From: Octopus vulgaris
Taxonomy: Eukaryota
Direction of reading: 5' to 3'
NCBI GenBank assembly: GCA_951406725.2
Contig: OX597819.1
Span: forward strand, 17,174,001-17,238,000
DNA length: 64,000 bases
The notes under the pieces are model-generated. The model did no database searches, had not been told where the DNA came from, and saw only the letters and a list, made by a program, of their open reading frames with translations. The position numbers were made by a program, and so were the translations under genes. Positions 1-13,788 of this stretch are shown here, one piece after another. The number at the start of each line of letters is the position of its first letter. Positions within the stretch are counted from its first letter, which is position 1.

Positions 1-32
1 TCTATCTATCTATCTATCTGTCTGTCTGTCTA

Positions 33-63
<31 letters not shown>

Positions 64-91
64 TTCTGTCTGTCTGTCTGTCTGTCAGTCG

Positions 92-127
<36 letters not shown>

Positions 128-166
128 GGTCACCTGCTGCTCTAATTATACACATATATATACATA

Positions 167-202
<36 letters not shown>

Positions 203-289
203 CATACACACACACATATTTATATATACATATATGTACACACACACACAAATGCATACATACGCATACAAACACATACACATAGACGT

Positions 290-323
<34 letters not shown>

Positions 324-384
324 CATATATGTGTTTATCAATGCATGTATGCTTAAATTGACATATTTATATGTACTCTGAAAT

Positions 385-423
<39 letters not shown>

Positions 424-590
424 CATATAATGTGTGCGGGGGGAGTTGGAGGAGTGTACTTTGTATGTGTGTGTGTATCTGTGAACATATCCTTAAACAT
501 ACATATAACCATATATGTATGCATGTATATATATGGCTGTTTATATTTATGTATAAATACTTATATATATATATATATATGTATGTGTAT

Positions 591-634
<44 letters not shown>

Positions 635-935
635 GTATGTTTATATATATATATGTATGTATATATATATACATATACATGCATACACATACAAGCAACC
701 ATGCATTCACATGTATATAACTACTTTTGCATACGTGTGTTTGTATATAAGTATGTGTCTATGTGTTTGAATAAATTAAATATATAAATATAAATATATA
801 TATAAATACATATATACATACATATGTATATGCATATATATATATGTATCTATATATATATATATATGTATACTTGCATATATATATATGCATGCATATA
901 TACGTATATATGTATATACATACACACATACATGC
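1..935. repeat. Compound microsatellite/low-complexity tract: (TCTA)n, (TCTG)n, (TA)n, (CA)n
   Basis: Directly visible tandem repeats; overlapping ORFs are YI/CV/QTDR repeats. Confidence 0.95.
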
Positions 936-2108
936 AGACGTAGAGCCATGTACATGACCTCTGAGTTGAGCAAACGCCAAGTGGGTCTGGAATTGTTTAG
1001 TGAGGCTCAAAACCAGATTTATTGACAATCTATATATTTATTGGCTCTATCAACATTTGTTGTTCAGTCAGCGCTGGTCTTTTCTAAAACCCCACTTGGA
1101 TAATTGCCCAGACTAAGTACTCCACTAATCTCGCACTCTTGTCAGGATTTTAATGAGAAATTACTGTTTGTTTCATCTAAGTCTGGCATTGCTTCTTTCG
1201 AGAAAGAACAAGGCTTTTTCTAGTTTTTTTGTTTGTTGTTTGGTTTTATTGTTAAGTGTTCCGTTATCTCGTTCTAATCAACCTTTTTGTAGAATAGATC
1301 CAGAAAGGAAGAAGTCAAGTGAATTCAAGGAGAAGTTGCAGAGCTTACAATTTTTGTAGCCGCTTTAAATCTAGGCGTGATAGGTCATTGACAGTAACCG
1401 GATTCTACACTTTACCGTCCACTAAAATGTTGTAAGAATAACTCGTTGCTATTATGCAAATGTGTTGTAAGTCCAAACGTTGCTTTTTTCAGAAAACGGA
1501 AAAGTAGCTTCACCATTTCATAGCAAAACCATTGTACTACACTTTGATAATTTTCTATATCTTGGCATCTGAAGCAGCTGGAGATACGATAGTTTGACCA
1601 AAAGAACCGGTTATTGCAAGCAAAAATAAATATTTGAAAAAAAAAAAAAAACGCATTTGGCCAAATTTGGACATGCGAACAGTATTTAAAAAAATCTTAT
1701 TTACAATAGGTCATAGTTAGGATCCTGAGCATGTCATTCACCCAATATTTGAGCCCTGTCTAAGGGCTATTTGAACCAAAATACTTTGAGACGTGTTTAT
1801 ATCTATATTGATAAACAGCTCGTCGTCCATGCTGAACTGTTGACCTTGTCGTTCTCCGTTACGACCTTGAGCAGGCAAAGCAAACAATGGTGATATTGCT
1901 GCAGAACCTGAAAGCAGACTGTTGTTGGAAAGACTACAAGAAATCCTTGGCTCTCTGCACCAGTTCTTCACACAACAGTGAAATGGTCCAAATGCTTTTT
2001 TTGTATGCCAGTGCTAATAATGTATACGTTTAGAATAACCAAAATTCCAGAACTTAAATGTTGTGAGGCATTTTGTCCGACACTATAGAGTTCCCCAATC
2101 CGCCACCT

Positions 2109-2170
<62 letters not shown>

Positions 2171-2217
2171 AAAGTAAGAAAGAAGATGAAAGACACTAGA
2201 AACGAAATTATATAGTC

Positions 2218-2266
<49 letters not shown>

Positions 2267-2293
2267 TGTCTGTGTATGTGTGTGTATGATTTG

Positions 2294-2654
2294 TGAGGGA
2301 AACGGAAATTGGATTTGGTATGAATCTTTATTCGACCCATCTTGCATCTGTCGCATGGGGATAGGGTATTGTGCATCTGGTTGTTGCATCAGTCACTGCG
2401 GTCTGCGTCTCCTCGGATGCTTGGTATAAAACACACACTACGAGAGGGTACAACATGCCTGGAGGAACTCAGTGTATGTTGTAGGATATCTTTTATATCA
2501 AAAATCCCTGAAGAGACACAAACTGCACTGATTGATGCAACAGAACCAGATGCACAATATCCTACCCTTATGGTGGGGGACACTTGCAGGATGGGTCGAA
2601 ACAATAGTCGCGTTGGATAAAAATTCGTACCAAATCCATCTTCTGTTTCCCTCA
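2294..2654. mobile_element. Foldback/MITE-like element made almost entirely of an imperfect inverted repeat
   Basis: Left TGAGGGAAACGGAAATTGGATTTGGTATGAAT...TTCGACCCATCTTGCA matches the reverse complement of the right end (...TGCAGGATGGGTCGAA...GTACCAAATCCATCTTCTGTTTCCCTCA). The peptide PDAQYP appears in opposite-strand ORFs. Confidence 0.8.
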
Positions 2655-2793
2655 TCAATTATAAATCAAACGAATACTGACGTAAATCCAGTGAAAATTA
2701 TGTCGTAACTGTGCATAACATCAGGTAGCCCAAACTGTCGATGTGCTTTAATCAGCATACTAATAGACATATACCCAAAGTCCAAATAATTAC

Positions 2794-2827
<34 letters not shown>

Positions 2828-3002
2828 ATATAAATTTCAGTGACCAGGTCGCAGATCAAATGATAATTGATTAAGTAATCTCAACAGAATTTTATGTGTT
2901 TTTGAATAACTAAAATGGGTTTTTAGCGTGCCTTTGCTATTTATGTGTGTGTATATATGTATACTTACATATATGTTTGTGTATGTGTGCGTGTGCGTTT
3001 GT

Positions 3003-3049
<47 letters not shown>

Positions 3050-3585
3050 AAGATATGTGGTGTGTGAGCACCACCTCGCATTGAAAACTTCTTTTCAGCT
3101 TAAAACATCGGTAAAACCATTTTTGTTGTCTACCCGGCGAAAATTGTCTTTGTTTTGTCTGTAACAAAAGTATTCGTTCGTGTTTTTCTGTTTATATTCG
3201 AAAGTGTCAATGTTTATGTTTGTAATTGCATATATTTGTTCAAATATTATCAGGCTTTCCTTTGTTTGACATTTTTTTACGGTATTTATTTTTGTTTTCA
3301 TAATTTTCAACAAATTTCGATGTCATGATCGGCAATTCCTTCTTTTTGATATTACTTCTTACCGCTATCCCAGACGATGGAGAAAAATTCTTTGACAATT
3401 TGTAAATAAACAACTATTTCTGTTCTCACTGGTAACTGGGTAAACGTTGTTCGTTTTTAGATTCCCTGTTTGGAAGTAAATCAAAAAAGGAAAAAACAAA
3501 ATATTCAGCAAACGTTGCTAAAATTTAAATTCCATTGGAGAGACAAAGACGCACGTTCGTTAACACAACTATAATAATAATAGTT

Positions 3586-3783
3586 TCAAATTTTGGCGCA
3601 AGACCAGCAGTTTCGGGGCAGGGGCTAAGTCAATTCGATCCACCCTAGTGCTTAACTGGTACTTATTTTATCGACCTCGAAAGGATAAAAAGCAAAGTCC
3701 ACCTTGACGGAAATTGAAATTAGAATATAACAACGGACGAAATGCCGCTAACATTTTGCCCGGTGTGCTAATGATTCTGTCGC
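3586..3783 (-). mobile_element. SINE family A, diverged copy
   Basis: Reverse complement of the core GTCGACTTTGCCTTTCATCCTTTCGGGGTCGATAAA..AAGTACCAG seen in intact copies. Confidence 0.8.
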
Positions 3784-4179
3784 AATAATAATATGAATAA
3801 TATTAATGGTACATACACACGCCAAGAGCGTCGCCTAAACATCTTTCACCTGCGCTGCCTCCGGAAAATCCTCCGCATCAAATGGCAGAATCATATCCCC
3901 AACAAAGATGTCCTCAGGTAAGCAGGAATACCAAGCATGTTTGCACTCCTTTTATAGTTCCTTTTATAGTTTTTAGCATATACAAATACACACTCACAAA
4001 TATCTATCTATCTATATCGTTTGTAGAAAGCATAAATCCCAAAGAAAAGGCACACTCTAAAAGAGATCATGGGCCAACAGGTTTACAGGATTTTGGGATC
4101 TCACGATATGCCATAAAGCTAAACCCTTTATGGACGGGAAACCTAAGGTAATCCCATAAACCGGCCTCCCCCATTTTCA

Positions 4180-4210
<31 letters not shown>

Positions 4211-4221
4211 GACATACATAT

Positions 4222-4560
4222 ATGGGTACAGGACGTCACCAACGGTGCCAATAACAGGAAATACGTTAACAACGAGAAAAAATAGAAAACTGGGCAAGTA
4301 AACACAGAGAAAGGACCCTTCGTCAGTTGTCGGATCCCTATCTACTCCTCATTTCGAGCATTCAGTGTCAACATGAGTCTACAAAGACAGTTGCTCACAT
4401 AAATTCTAAAATAAAATTTAGGATTTATGGAGGGTCAAACACAAACATGGAAGGTCGTTAGACCAGAAAGAGAGGAAAATAGTGGACGCTGATACACACA
4501 CATATATAAAAGAAAGGAAAGGACACGACCTGGCAGTTGTGCGCAATCGAAGCTCATTTC
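4222..4560 (-). mobile_element. Probable PLE-derived terminal repeat next to (TA)n; related to 9129-9345
   Basis: Shares GTACAGGAC...CCCTTCRTCAG layout with the 9129 element; CTGACGA on the minus strand. Confidence 0.45.
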
Positions 4561-4689
4561 TCAACCTCCCAGTTACAAATCCTAAACGCAATCAGAACAT
4601 TAGAGAAAATAGACAAAAAGAAGACTATAGCCGTCATATTGCCGAAGAAGATGCGAAAGATGCTGCATCAAACTGATCTGATTATATTG

Positions 4690-4888
4690 GTTTCAAATTG
4701 TGGCACAAGGCCAGCAAGTTCCGGCGATGGGGTAAGTCGATTACATCGACCTCGGTGCTCAACTGGTACTTATTTTACCGGATTCGAAAGGATGAAAGGT
4801 AAAGCCAACCTCGGTGGAATTTGAACTCAAAACATGAAGACGGACGAAATGCAACTGCTGTGACGATTCTACCAGTTCGCCGCTGCCT
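4690..4888 (-). mobile_element. SINE family A, diverged copy
   Basis: AACTGGTACTTATTTTACCGGATTCGAAAGGATGAAAGGTAAAGCCAACCTCGGTGGAATTTGAACTC. Confidence 0.85.
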
Positions 4889-5116
4889 TCGATTTCATTA
4901 TATTAATCCTCATTCGATTTAAAAACCACGCGAGACGTAACAAAAATGTGAAGCTGACTTTTGAGAGATTTGATCTTGAAATCTGGAGGGCCGAAACTAA
5001 CATTTATTTGACATATTTCAGCTGACGCTATCATCATTTACATAGATATTTGTTTTTGATGCATAACTCATTTATTTCTACGCAACCATATACTTGCACA
5101 CGTCTTTGCTTGTGCG

Positions 5117-5176
<60 letters not shown>

Positions 5177-5183
<7 letters not shown>

Positions 5184-5295
5184 GTTTCTATGTTTCTATT
5201 TATTTATCAGTTTCTCATCCTTTCACTATATGTGTGCGCGTCTGTAGTGTGGACATATATACATATATGCACACACATGTCTACATACACAAACG

Positions 5296-5296
<1 letters not shown>
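5177..5296 (+). repeat. Copy 1 of a 120-bp direct repeat (copy 2 at 7023-7142)
   Basis: TATCTATGTTTCTATGTTTC...CATACACAAACGT reads identically at both positions. Confidence 0.92.
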
Positions 5297-5377
<81 letters not shown>

Positions 5378-5426
5378 ATCTATCTATCTTTCTATCTCTC
5401 TCTCTCTCTATCTCTCTATCTACCTA

Positions 5427-5501
<75 letters not shown>

Positions 5502-6001
5502 TTATCTATCTGTATAATTAATTATCTGTCTCTATTTATATTAGATGAAGATTAGTTATAACTAATTAAGGAATATAGAAAGTAAATTAATGTATTATAC
5601 CCATTTGGTCACTGACACACTCATATACACACAAATACACATACACACACACACGCGCGTGCGTGCACACATATGCATAGACAAACGCACCCACGTATTC
5701 ATGTAAAGGAAGCTGTGTATACACAGCCCTAGTTAATTATTAATATGTGCAGCCGCGTGTAATCATATATCAATACATTTTCATATTTCTATTCCTATAC
5801 CTTCATCATCACCATCGTCATCAACATAACTTTATCCCCATCACCCACCTTCCACCATCTCCACCATCGTCCTCCTCTTCCTCCTCCTTATCATCATCAT
5901 CGTCATCATCTAACTCGCAGTCATGGTCAGGACCGCTACTATTACTCGGCCTTGCCTCTTATATTTTTCTTCTTTTATGCACTGTACCTTTTGCATGCAT
6001 G

Positions 6002-6035
<34 letters not shown>

Positions 6036-6126
6036 TGTATGTATGTATGTATGTATGTATGTATAGAGGCTTACATACCTACATAATACATACATTCATA
6101 CATACATGCACGCATACATTCATGCA

Positions 6127-6160
<34 letters not shown>

Positions 6161-6529
6161 CATACATACATACATACATACATACATACATACATACATA
6201 CATACATACATACATGCATACATACATACATATATACATATATACATACATACATACATACATACATGCACGCATACATTTATGCATACATACATACATA
6301 CATACATGCATACATACATACATATATACATACATACATACATACATGCACGCATACATTTATGCATACATACATACATGCATACATACATGCATGCATA
6401 CATACATACATACATACATACATACATACATACATACATACATACATACATACATACATACATACATACATGCATGCATACATACATACATACACACATA
6501 CATACATACCCAAGCATGCATTCACCGTC

Positions 6530-7022
6530 ATCGTCGTTGTGGGCATTCTCGACCCAAGAAGTTATCCCACCCACTTCATTGTCTTACATTTTGCCTTCTA
6601 ACATGGACTCTCGGGTGGCTGCGGAAACCCAGATTTGTTAGAAACATTCTTTGCATGGGATCACTGGCGACTTTTCACCGGTTGTAGTTAGTCTTGTCTT
6701 GCCTATTGTCCGCCTTTGGTGCTCCCTGCCTTTTCTCTCTCACTCAAATAATTCTCAATCCAAGACGGCAGTAATTTCCCCGTTGGCCTCTATCCTCAGC
6801 CACAGTTTCGAATCCTTTTCCTTTCTTTTGTTCCTTTTCCCTTTTTTCTTTTTTTCTTTTCCTCTTTTTTTCCTTTTCTTTTGTACTTTTTTCCCTTTTA
6901 CGATCCCTTTTGATCGAAAACCTACGCCACTTTTTTTTTTTCATCCCCCCAAAAGAAAAGCTCTACCTTGTAATTTGTTCTATCTGTGTGCAGCCCTGTG
7001 TGGCTAATAAAGAAACGAAACA
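6530..7022 (+). mobile_element. 3' end of a non-LTR retrotransposon (probably Tx1/L1-type); same family as 45277-45560
   Basis: Shared 3' tail TTACGATCCCTTTTG..CGAAAACC...CCCCAAAAGAAAAGCTCTACCTTGTAATTTGTTC..TGTGCAGCCCTGTGTGGCTAATAAAGA followed by TATCTAT. Confidence 0.65.
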
Positions 7023-7142
7023 TATCTATGTTTCTATGTTTCTATTTATTTATCAGTTTCTCATCCTTTCACTATATGTGTGCGCGTCTGTAGTGTGGAC
7101 ATATATACATATATGCACACACATGTCTACATACACAAACGT
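7023..7142 (+). repeat. Copy 2 of the 120-bp direct repeat
   Basis: Matches 5177-5296. Confidence 0.92.
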
Positions 7143-7558
7143 CAGCTGTGGTCCTCTATGCTGCTGATTTCTTGTTGCCAGTTCAGTATAGAAGATGGTT
7201 TTCGGTAGTCGTTCATTGGCCATTCTTTAAGCATAGCCATTCCACCATAATTGATTACTGACAGTCATCGCCTCGATATATTATTATACATATATATGAC
7301 ATAATATAATTTAATAAATACAAAAGCTAATTTCTGTGTGCCAGTGTGTCACAGTTCGACCCCCTCCTCTCATTATTGATTGACACTTCTGAGTAATAGT
7401 ATGCGTACAGACGGTAAGGGCGGTGGCGAAGACAGACAGAGAAAGGGCGAGAGTAAAAAAAAAAGAGGTAGAGAAAGAAAGACAAAGAAATTTAGGGAGA
7501 GTCGATGATGTTTTTATCAAAAGTAGTAGTGTTGATAGTGGCAGTGGCAGTGATAATA

Positions 7559-7614
<56 letters not shown>

Positions 7615-8104
7615 GAGAGAGTGGGTATGTGAGAGAAAGAGGGACTGAACACTAAACCAACATACTGAAATAACATACTGAATGATGGTAATGGGGTGAT
7701 AGTAATAGTATGAGCTGTAGTTGTGATAGGGGTAGAGGCAATGGTGATGATAATGGTGGTGGTAGCCGAGGCGGTCAAGGATGACGGTGAGAGTAAGTGA
7801 TGTGAAAGACAGTGGTGATGGTGGTGGAGGGGAAGGCGGCGAAGTCAAAGATATTGATGGTGGTGCCGTCATAAGTCTGAATGGTGTGTGCGTATTGCAG
7901 ATATGGTGGTGATGGTGGTGGTACAGTTGTTTATCATGCAGCTTTGCAATAAGTACTAAGTCGACAAATTATACCATTGTTTTGATGAAAACTGTTCATT
8001 GCTTGAGAAATATTGTTCAAACTTAAAATGTAATATGTACTCAATGCATGAGATGTCATTGCTGGGCCCAAGTCTTATGAATTGCCCTCCACATGAGCTA
8101 GGTT

Positions 8105-8277
<173 letters not shown>

Positions 8278-8429
8278 TATATAATATATATATATGTGTG
8301 TGTGTATGTATATATATATGTATGTATGTATATATATATATGTATGTATGGATGGATGGAGGGAGGGATGGTTATACACACGTAGGAATTAAGATGAGTG
8401 ATCAAATTTCACAAATCATTTTGCCACAT

Positions 8430-8821
8430 TTCTAGATCTCAGTCTTACTATATTTCTATAAAATATTGAAAACAGTAGTTGGTATTTAAAATCGCACAAA
8501 AAGTTTCAAATTTCAGGCCAAGCACAATGAAAAACCAATTAAGACAATTTGAAACAGGCTTTTCTTTTTAACTTTCATACACTTCAATAGCATTAAATAT
8601 GTCACTTGAACAAGAAACCATAAGAATCTATATAGTTCCAACCACCACAAAACGAAAGATTCAGCAATTAATCTTAAAATAGACGACACTGTTGAATATT
8701 TAACCTTCCGGAAAACACACATCACCTTCAAAGACCCCAAAAATGATTTCATCAGTAACATCAAATATAGGTTAATCATGCCTTCTAAAAGCGAGTTATA
8801 TATAATCAGTAAGCATCCAAG

Positions 8822-8825
<4 letters not shown>
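8430..8825 (+). pseudogene. Penelope-like element (Naiad-type) reverse-transcriptase remnant
   Basis: Frame from 8664 reads [51 protein letters not shown], resembling the PLE motif ITLKDHKxNF..NPxCRLINPxKSE(I/L)GxISK; truncated by (TA)n. Confidence 0.7.
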
Positions 8826-8896
<71 letters not shown>

Positions 8897-8921
8897 TTGT
8901 ATATATATGTATATATGTATT

Positions 8922-8981
<60 letters not shown>

Positions 8982-9128
8982 TACTTGGAGAACAGAAAAG
9001 AAACGAAACGACGCGAGGGCGCTCAGTCATGCAATACATTAATAAATAAAATACATGCATACATACATATATGTACGTACCTACATCTACATGTATATAT
9101 ACATGCATATATAAATATATATATGTGA

Positions 9129-9345
9129 GTACAGGACACCACAAATAGACGTAGAACTCAACGAGAGACGAAAACGTAAAAACAAACATGGAAACGGACT
9201 TTTTTTAACAACGAAAAAACAGAGTACAAGACAAACAATACAAGGGAAATTCCCCTTCATCAGCTGTCCCTAGTTCGACTCCATGCGTGTTTCGAAGGTA
9301 AGGACAGAACACGACTCGTCGAACTGGCCCTTCCTGCGAAAGAAC
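9129..9345 (-). mobile_element. Probable PLE-derived terminal repeat between TA-rich tracts
   Basis: Minus strand has CTGATGA-AGGGGAATTTCCCTT and GAAAC...GTC-GAACT; related to the 4222 element. Confidence 0.45.
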
Positions 9346-9452
9346 TCACATATATATATTTATATATGCCTGTATATATACATATAGATGTAGGTACGTA
9401 CATATATGTATGTATGTATGTATGTATGCATATATTTTATTTATTAATTTAT

Positions 9453-9489
<37 letters not shown>

Positions 9490-10533
9490 ATCCGTTTCTC
9501 CTTTATTATGGATTAATAATGCTTCCATAACAGAGTGGTTGAACAGGATAAACGATAACCGACCTTGCAAATTCACAAAATTTGATATAATAGACTGTTA
9601 TCCTTCCATAACTAAATGTTTTCACAAAGTTTAAAATTCTTTTGTAATTTTGGACTAATTAGAGAATATGCTGCTAGTGCTGCTACTGATGATGATGTGA
9701 TGAAGATGAAGAGCAGGAGAATGGTGATGAAAATGATGTAGGTAATTATTTAATAGGAAGATTTTATACTGTGCATGCACTCCTTCATGTTCAGGAACAG
9801 GAAAAAATCCAGCTTTTTGCTTCTAAAGAGACTCGGGAACCAAGGAAACGTCTTCCTCAACTAACCACATGGAACATCTTTGAGAGATCTTCTTCGTTAT
9901 TATGAATTCTGTCTTTGTAAGTAGCTGTGGTTGCTGCAACAACCTGCTATATCCATGATCAGAAAAACCGAACGCCGGACAGAGATGTTCAGACAGGAGA
10001 GCTAGGAAGAAGGGGAGATAAAAAAAAAGTAGTGGTGAACCCAAACCGAAGGTGCGCGTGCGTTTGTATGTGAGAGCGTTATATGCGTGTGGATAGGGGC
10101 TGGTGACCTGAACGTGTGCGTGTGTGCATGTGTAGGTGTGTGGGTGCTGGGAAGTGGTCTGTGCTAGTGTGTGTGGGGTGGTGTGATGTTGTGTGGTGTA
10201 GCATGGTGGTGTGTGGTTTGGTGTATGGTGTGGTGTGTTGGTGTTGAGGTTTGGGAGAGTCGAGGGTGGGGGAAGCAAAGGTTGGGGTTGGGGTGGGTAT
10301 GTGGGAGTTGGGTATGAGGGTGGGGTGGGATATGTGGGATGAGATGCATAGGGATGGTGGGTAGGGGTAACTATGGAGGGGTGACGATGAAGGGAGAGAG
10401 TGGAAGGGAGAAGGGGTAGGAGTGAAGAGAGGAAATAGATGTGAGAAGAGAGGAGAGAAGAGGGGCTAGATAAGGAGGGAAGGAGAGTTGAGCCGTGTGT
10501 CGCAAAGGAGCGAAGAAGGAAGATTAATTCCTG

Positions 10534-10568
<35 letters not shown>

Positions 10569-10569
<1 letters not shown>

Positions 10570-10938
10570 TAGCAGTATCGCTCGGCGTTGCTCGTGTTTG
10601 TTTTGACCCTTTAGAGTTGGAATTTTTGAAAAGTAATGATTTTACATCATGTAGCTTGTTATTCTCTTTAAGTGAACATTTTTCTGGTTGAAATACACCG
10701 AAAAATGGCGAAACAGCAGTCAAAAAATCGTAAAAACTAGGAATTTTCATAGGAATAAAGTACCTTTTTGATGTAAATAATTTTTGGTGTTAACATTGTC
10801 CGATTTGAATTTTTTCTTCTACAGAAGGAAGAGCAAGCTTTCTTCTATCATACTCTCAATTTTGGTCAACTTGCGCCGCAGAGTCTCGGAAAAGATAGTG
10901 TTAATTGAAGGCTACCAAACCTGACATAAAGACTTCAG

Positions 10939-10989
<51 letters not shown>
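10569..10989 (-). mobile_element. Non-autonomous Helitron
   Basis: Minus-strand 3' end ...CGAGCAACGCCGAGCGATACTG-CTAG|T (hairpin plus CTAG), the same terminus as the 18416 element; 5' end lost in (TA)n/(GA)n. Confidence 0.7.
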
Positions 10990-11008
<19 letters not shown>

Positions 11009-11331
11009 TGTGTGTGTGTGTGTAAGTGTTTGTGTATGCACACACGCACTCGCCCACACACACATACATAAATCTATACACATAACAAACAGTTGACGAA
11101 AATTATTAATTCGTCTAGCACTGAAGATTTTTTTTTTACAAATTGTTACTCCAAGTTTCACATTTCCGATTTCTGGACAGATGCACAATATTTGGAACCA
11201 TATTTTCAAATGTTTCCAAAATTTTACATTCGTCTGAAGATCGAAATATGAAACTTGGAGCAACAATTCGTGAATATTTGCAGCTTTAAAACAATCATAT
11301 TTGCGGACATACATACATACATGTGTGTGTT

Positions 11332-11367
<36 letters not shown>

Positions 11368-11513
11368 CACATGTATATATACACATGTATATATACATAT
11401 ATATATATAGAAATGTATATATATATATACATGTATTATATATATATATATATATATACATATATATATGTACATTTATATGTATATTATATATATATGT
11501 AGTATATGTATAG

Positions 11514-11570
<57 letters not shown>

Positions 11571-11926
11571 CACACATATATATGTTGGAGGTATGTGTGT
11601 GTGTTTGTATAAAAATCGATAATGATGGAAGACAAGAAGGAAGTGTGTAATGTTTAAGTGTTGGCCATTTTGCATTGGCAGAGATGTTGAATACAGGAAT
11701 TGGAGTAGCAAGTCTATTGGTGAGTGAATTTGGAATCGGTTAAGAGGAGTTGATTGGTCGATATGTGTGTAGTGGTAGTAACAAAGGTGGTGGTGGTTGA
11801 TGTGGTTGTAGTGATAGTTGTGATGGTGTTGGTGTGTGTGTGTGTGTGTGTGTGTATGTTGTTGCTGGTGTTCGAAATGATGGTGGTAGTGGTATTAGTG
11901 TTAGTAGTAGTGGTATTGTTGGATGT

Positions 11927-12157
11927 GGCGGTGAGCTGGCAGAAACGTTAGCGCGCCGGACGAAATGCTTAGCGGTATTTCGTCTGCCGCTACGTTGTGA
12001 GTTCAAATTCCGCCGAGGTCGACTTTGCCTTTCATCCTTTCGGGGTCGATAAATTAAGTACCAGTTACGCACTGGGGTCGATGTAATCGACTTAATACCT
12101 ATGTCTGTCCTTGTTTGTCCCATCTATGTTTAGCCCCTTGTGGGTAATAAAGAAATA
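11927..12157 (+). mobile_element. SINE family A, full length, with TSD
   Basis: GGCGGTGAGCTGGCAGAA head, GAGTTCAAATTCC B-box, conserved core, AAGAAATA tail; TSD GGTATTGTTGGATGTGG at 11912 and 12158. Confidence 0.93.
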
Positions 12158-12479
12158 GGTATTGTTGGATGTGGAGGAGAAGGTGTTGTTGTAGTGGTGG
12201 AGGTATCAGTGGAGGTGGTGGCGTGGTATTAATTCTGATTGCGGTGGCAGTGGTGTATGTAATGTTCTCGCTGGTGGTAAAAGTGGTGTTGTTTTTGGTG
12301 GTGGCGATAGTAGTAGAGGCTGTAGTGGTAAAGGCAGTGGTGTTGTTGTTGGTGTTTGTATGATGTTGTTAATGGTATTGGTGATGGCAGTGGAGTGAGA
12401 CGTTTGGGGTTTGAAACAGTGTCTCTTTCCATTTGCGAGATCAAATCAAACCTGCCCACTTCAACAGGCTTCATCTTAC

Positions 12480-13255
12480 TTCCGCCACCACCACCACCGC
12501 CGCCACCACCACCACCACCACCACCACCACCACCACCACCACCACCACCACCACCACTACCACCACCACCACCAACACCGCCACCGCCACCACCACCACC
12601 ACCACCACCGCCGCCGCCGCCTACCACCACCACCACAACCACCGCCGCTGCCACCACCACCACCACCACCACCACCAGCACCACCAGCACCACCACCACC
12701 GCCACCGCCACCACCGCCGCCACCACCACACCACCACCACCGCCGCCACCACCGCCACCTCCACCACCGCTACCAACACAACTACCATCGCCATCAGCAC
12801 CTACACCACTATTACCGAGATTTGGCGAACCATTTCATAATTGTCCTCGTACAAAGCAATGTATTGGCCTCCTTACATTTACTATGTTGGCGGAGGCACA
12901 CTACTCATTCATATATTGCCATTGGCTCCCTCGGCCCGAACGGCACCCGGGGACCAGCCCAGCTGCAGCTATGTCTTGCAACAGTATTGCTACAATCAAC
13001 ACTGTCACCATCACTACCACCGCTACCATAAACAATACCACTAACTCCAGACTCACCACTGTCAATATCGTCACCAGTGCTATCATCACTACCACAACCA
13101 TTACATCTTCAATCACCATCACCACCATCACCGTTAACATTAGTACTCTCTCAGCACCCCACCATGACCATCACTCGTGCAACGATCATCATCACCATCG
13201 TACTACTACCACTACCGCAACCACCCCCACAAACACACCAATACTCCAATCATAA
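12480..13255. repeat. (CAC)n/(CCG)n trinucleotide and degenerate CAC/CAT low-complexity tract
   Basis: Visible repeats; open in several frames as poly-P/H/T. Confidence 0.9.
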
Positions 13256-13788
13256 CAATAATATGCATCAGTGACTCATTGTATCAGATTCCTATCGTTA
13301 GTTTAGACATAAAAGATTTCTAGTCAGAGAATAGACTTGGGCAGTGTACGGACCCAAGAATAGGGGGCCAATGAAATCTAAATATTCATTTCTCAACAGC
13401 ACAAATGCGGGCAGGTTGAATAGATGACTGATTATAACCTAGCATTTCACTGGTATTTTATTTCATTGATCACACAATGATAATAAACAGCGGCGTCAAT
13501 CGCCGCAGAATTTGAAATTAGAACACAGAGTGAGGACCGTAACAAGAATGCAGCTTGCGTTTTTCTCCGATGCTCTATCGATTCTACTAATCGGAATATA
13601 GATAAAAAATATTCATCTTATTGAGCTTCGTTCGGGTTAGCAAAACATTGAAAAACTTCATATTTTGTTGTCTTATTGATTTTTCTGCTCTTAGTTGATA
13701 AGTTTGTCACGTGATTTGTCGTCTGCATTTTTCCCGTTTCTAAAGCTTCTGTCGTTCAGGGCTTACTATATTGTCACTTACTAAATAA

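Noticed and set aside
5747-6687. Long HTYI/MYVC ORFs (also 31804-32718, 46948-47565, 48894-49611)
   Set aside because: (CATA)n, (TA)n and (CA)n translations
12356-13255. 299-aa poly-Pro/Thr ORF resembling formin, extensin or mucin
   Set aside because: (CAC)n repeat open in several frames and both strands; no domain or splice support
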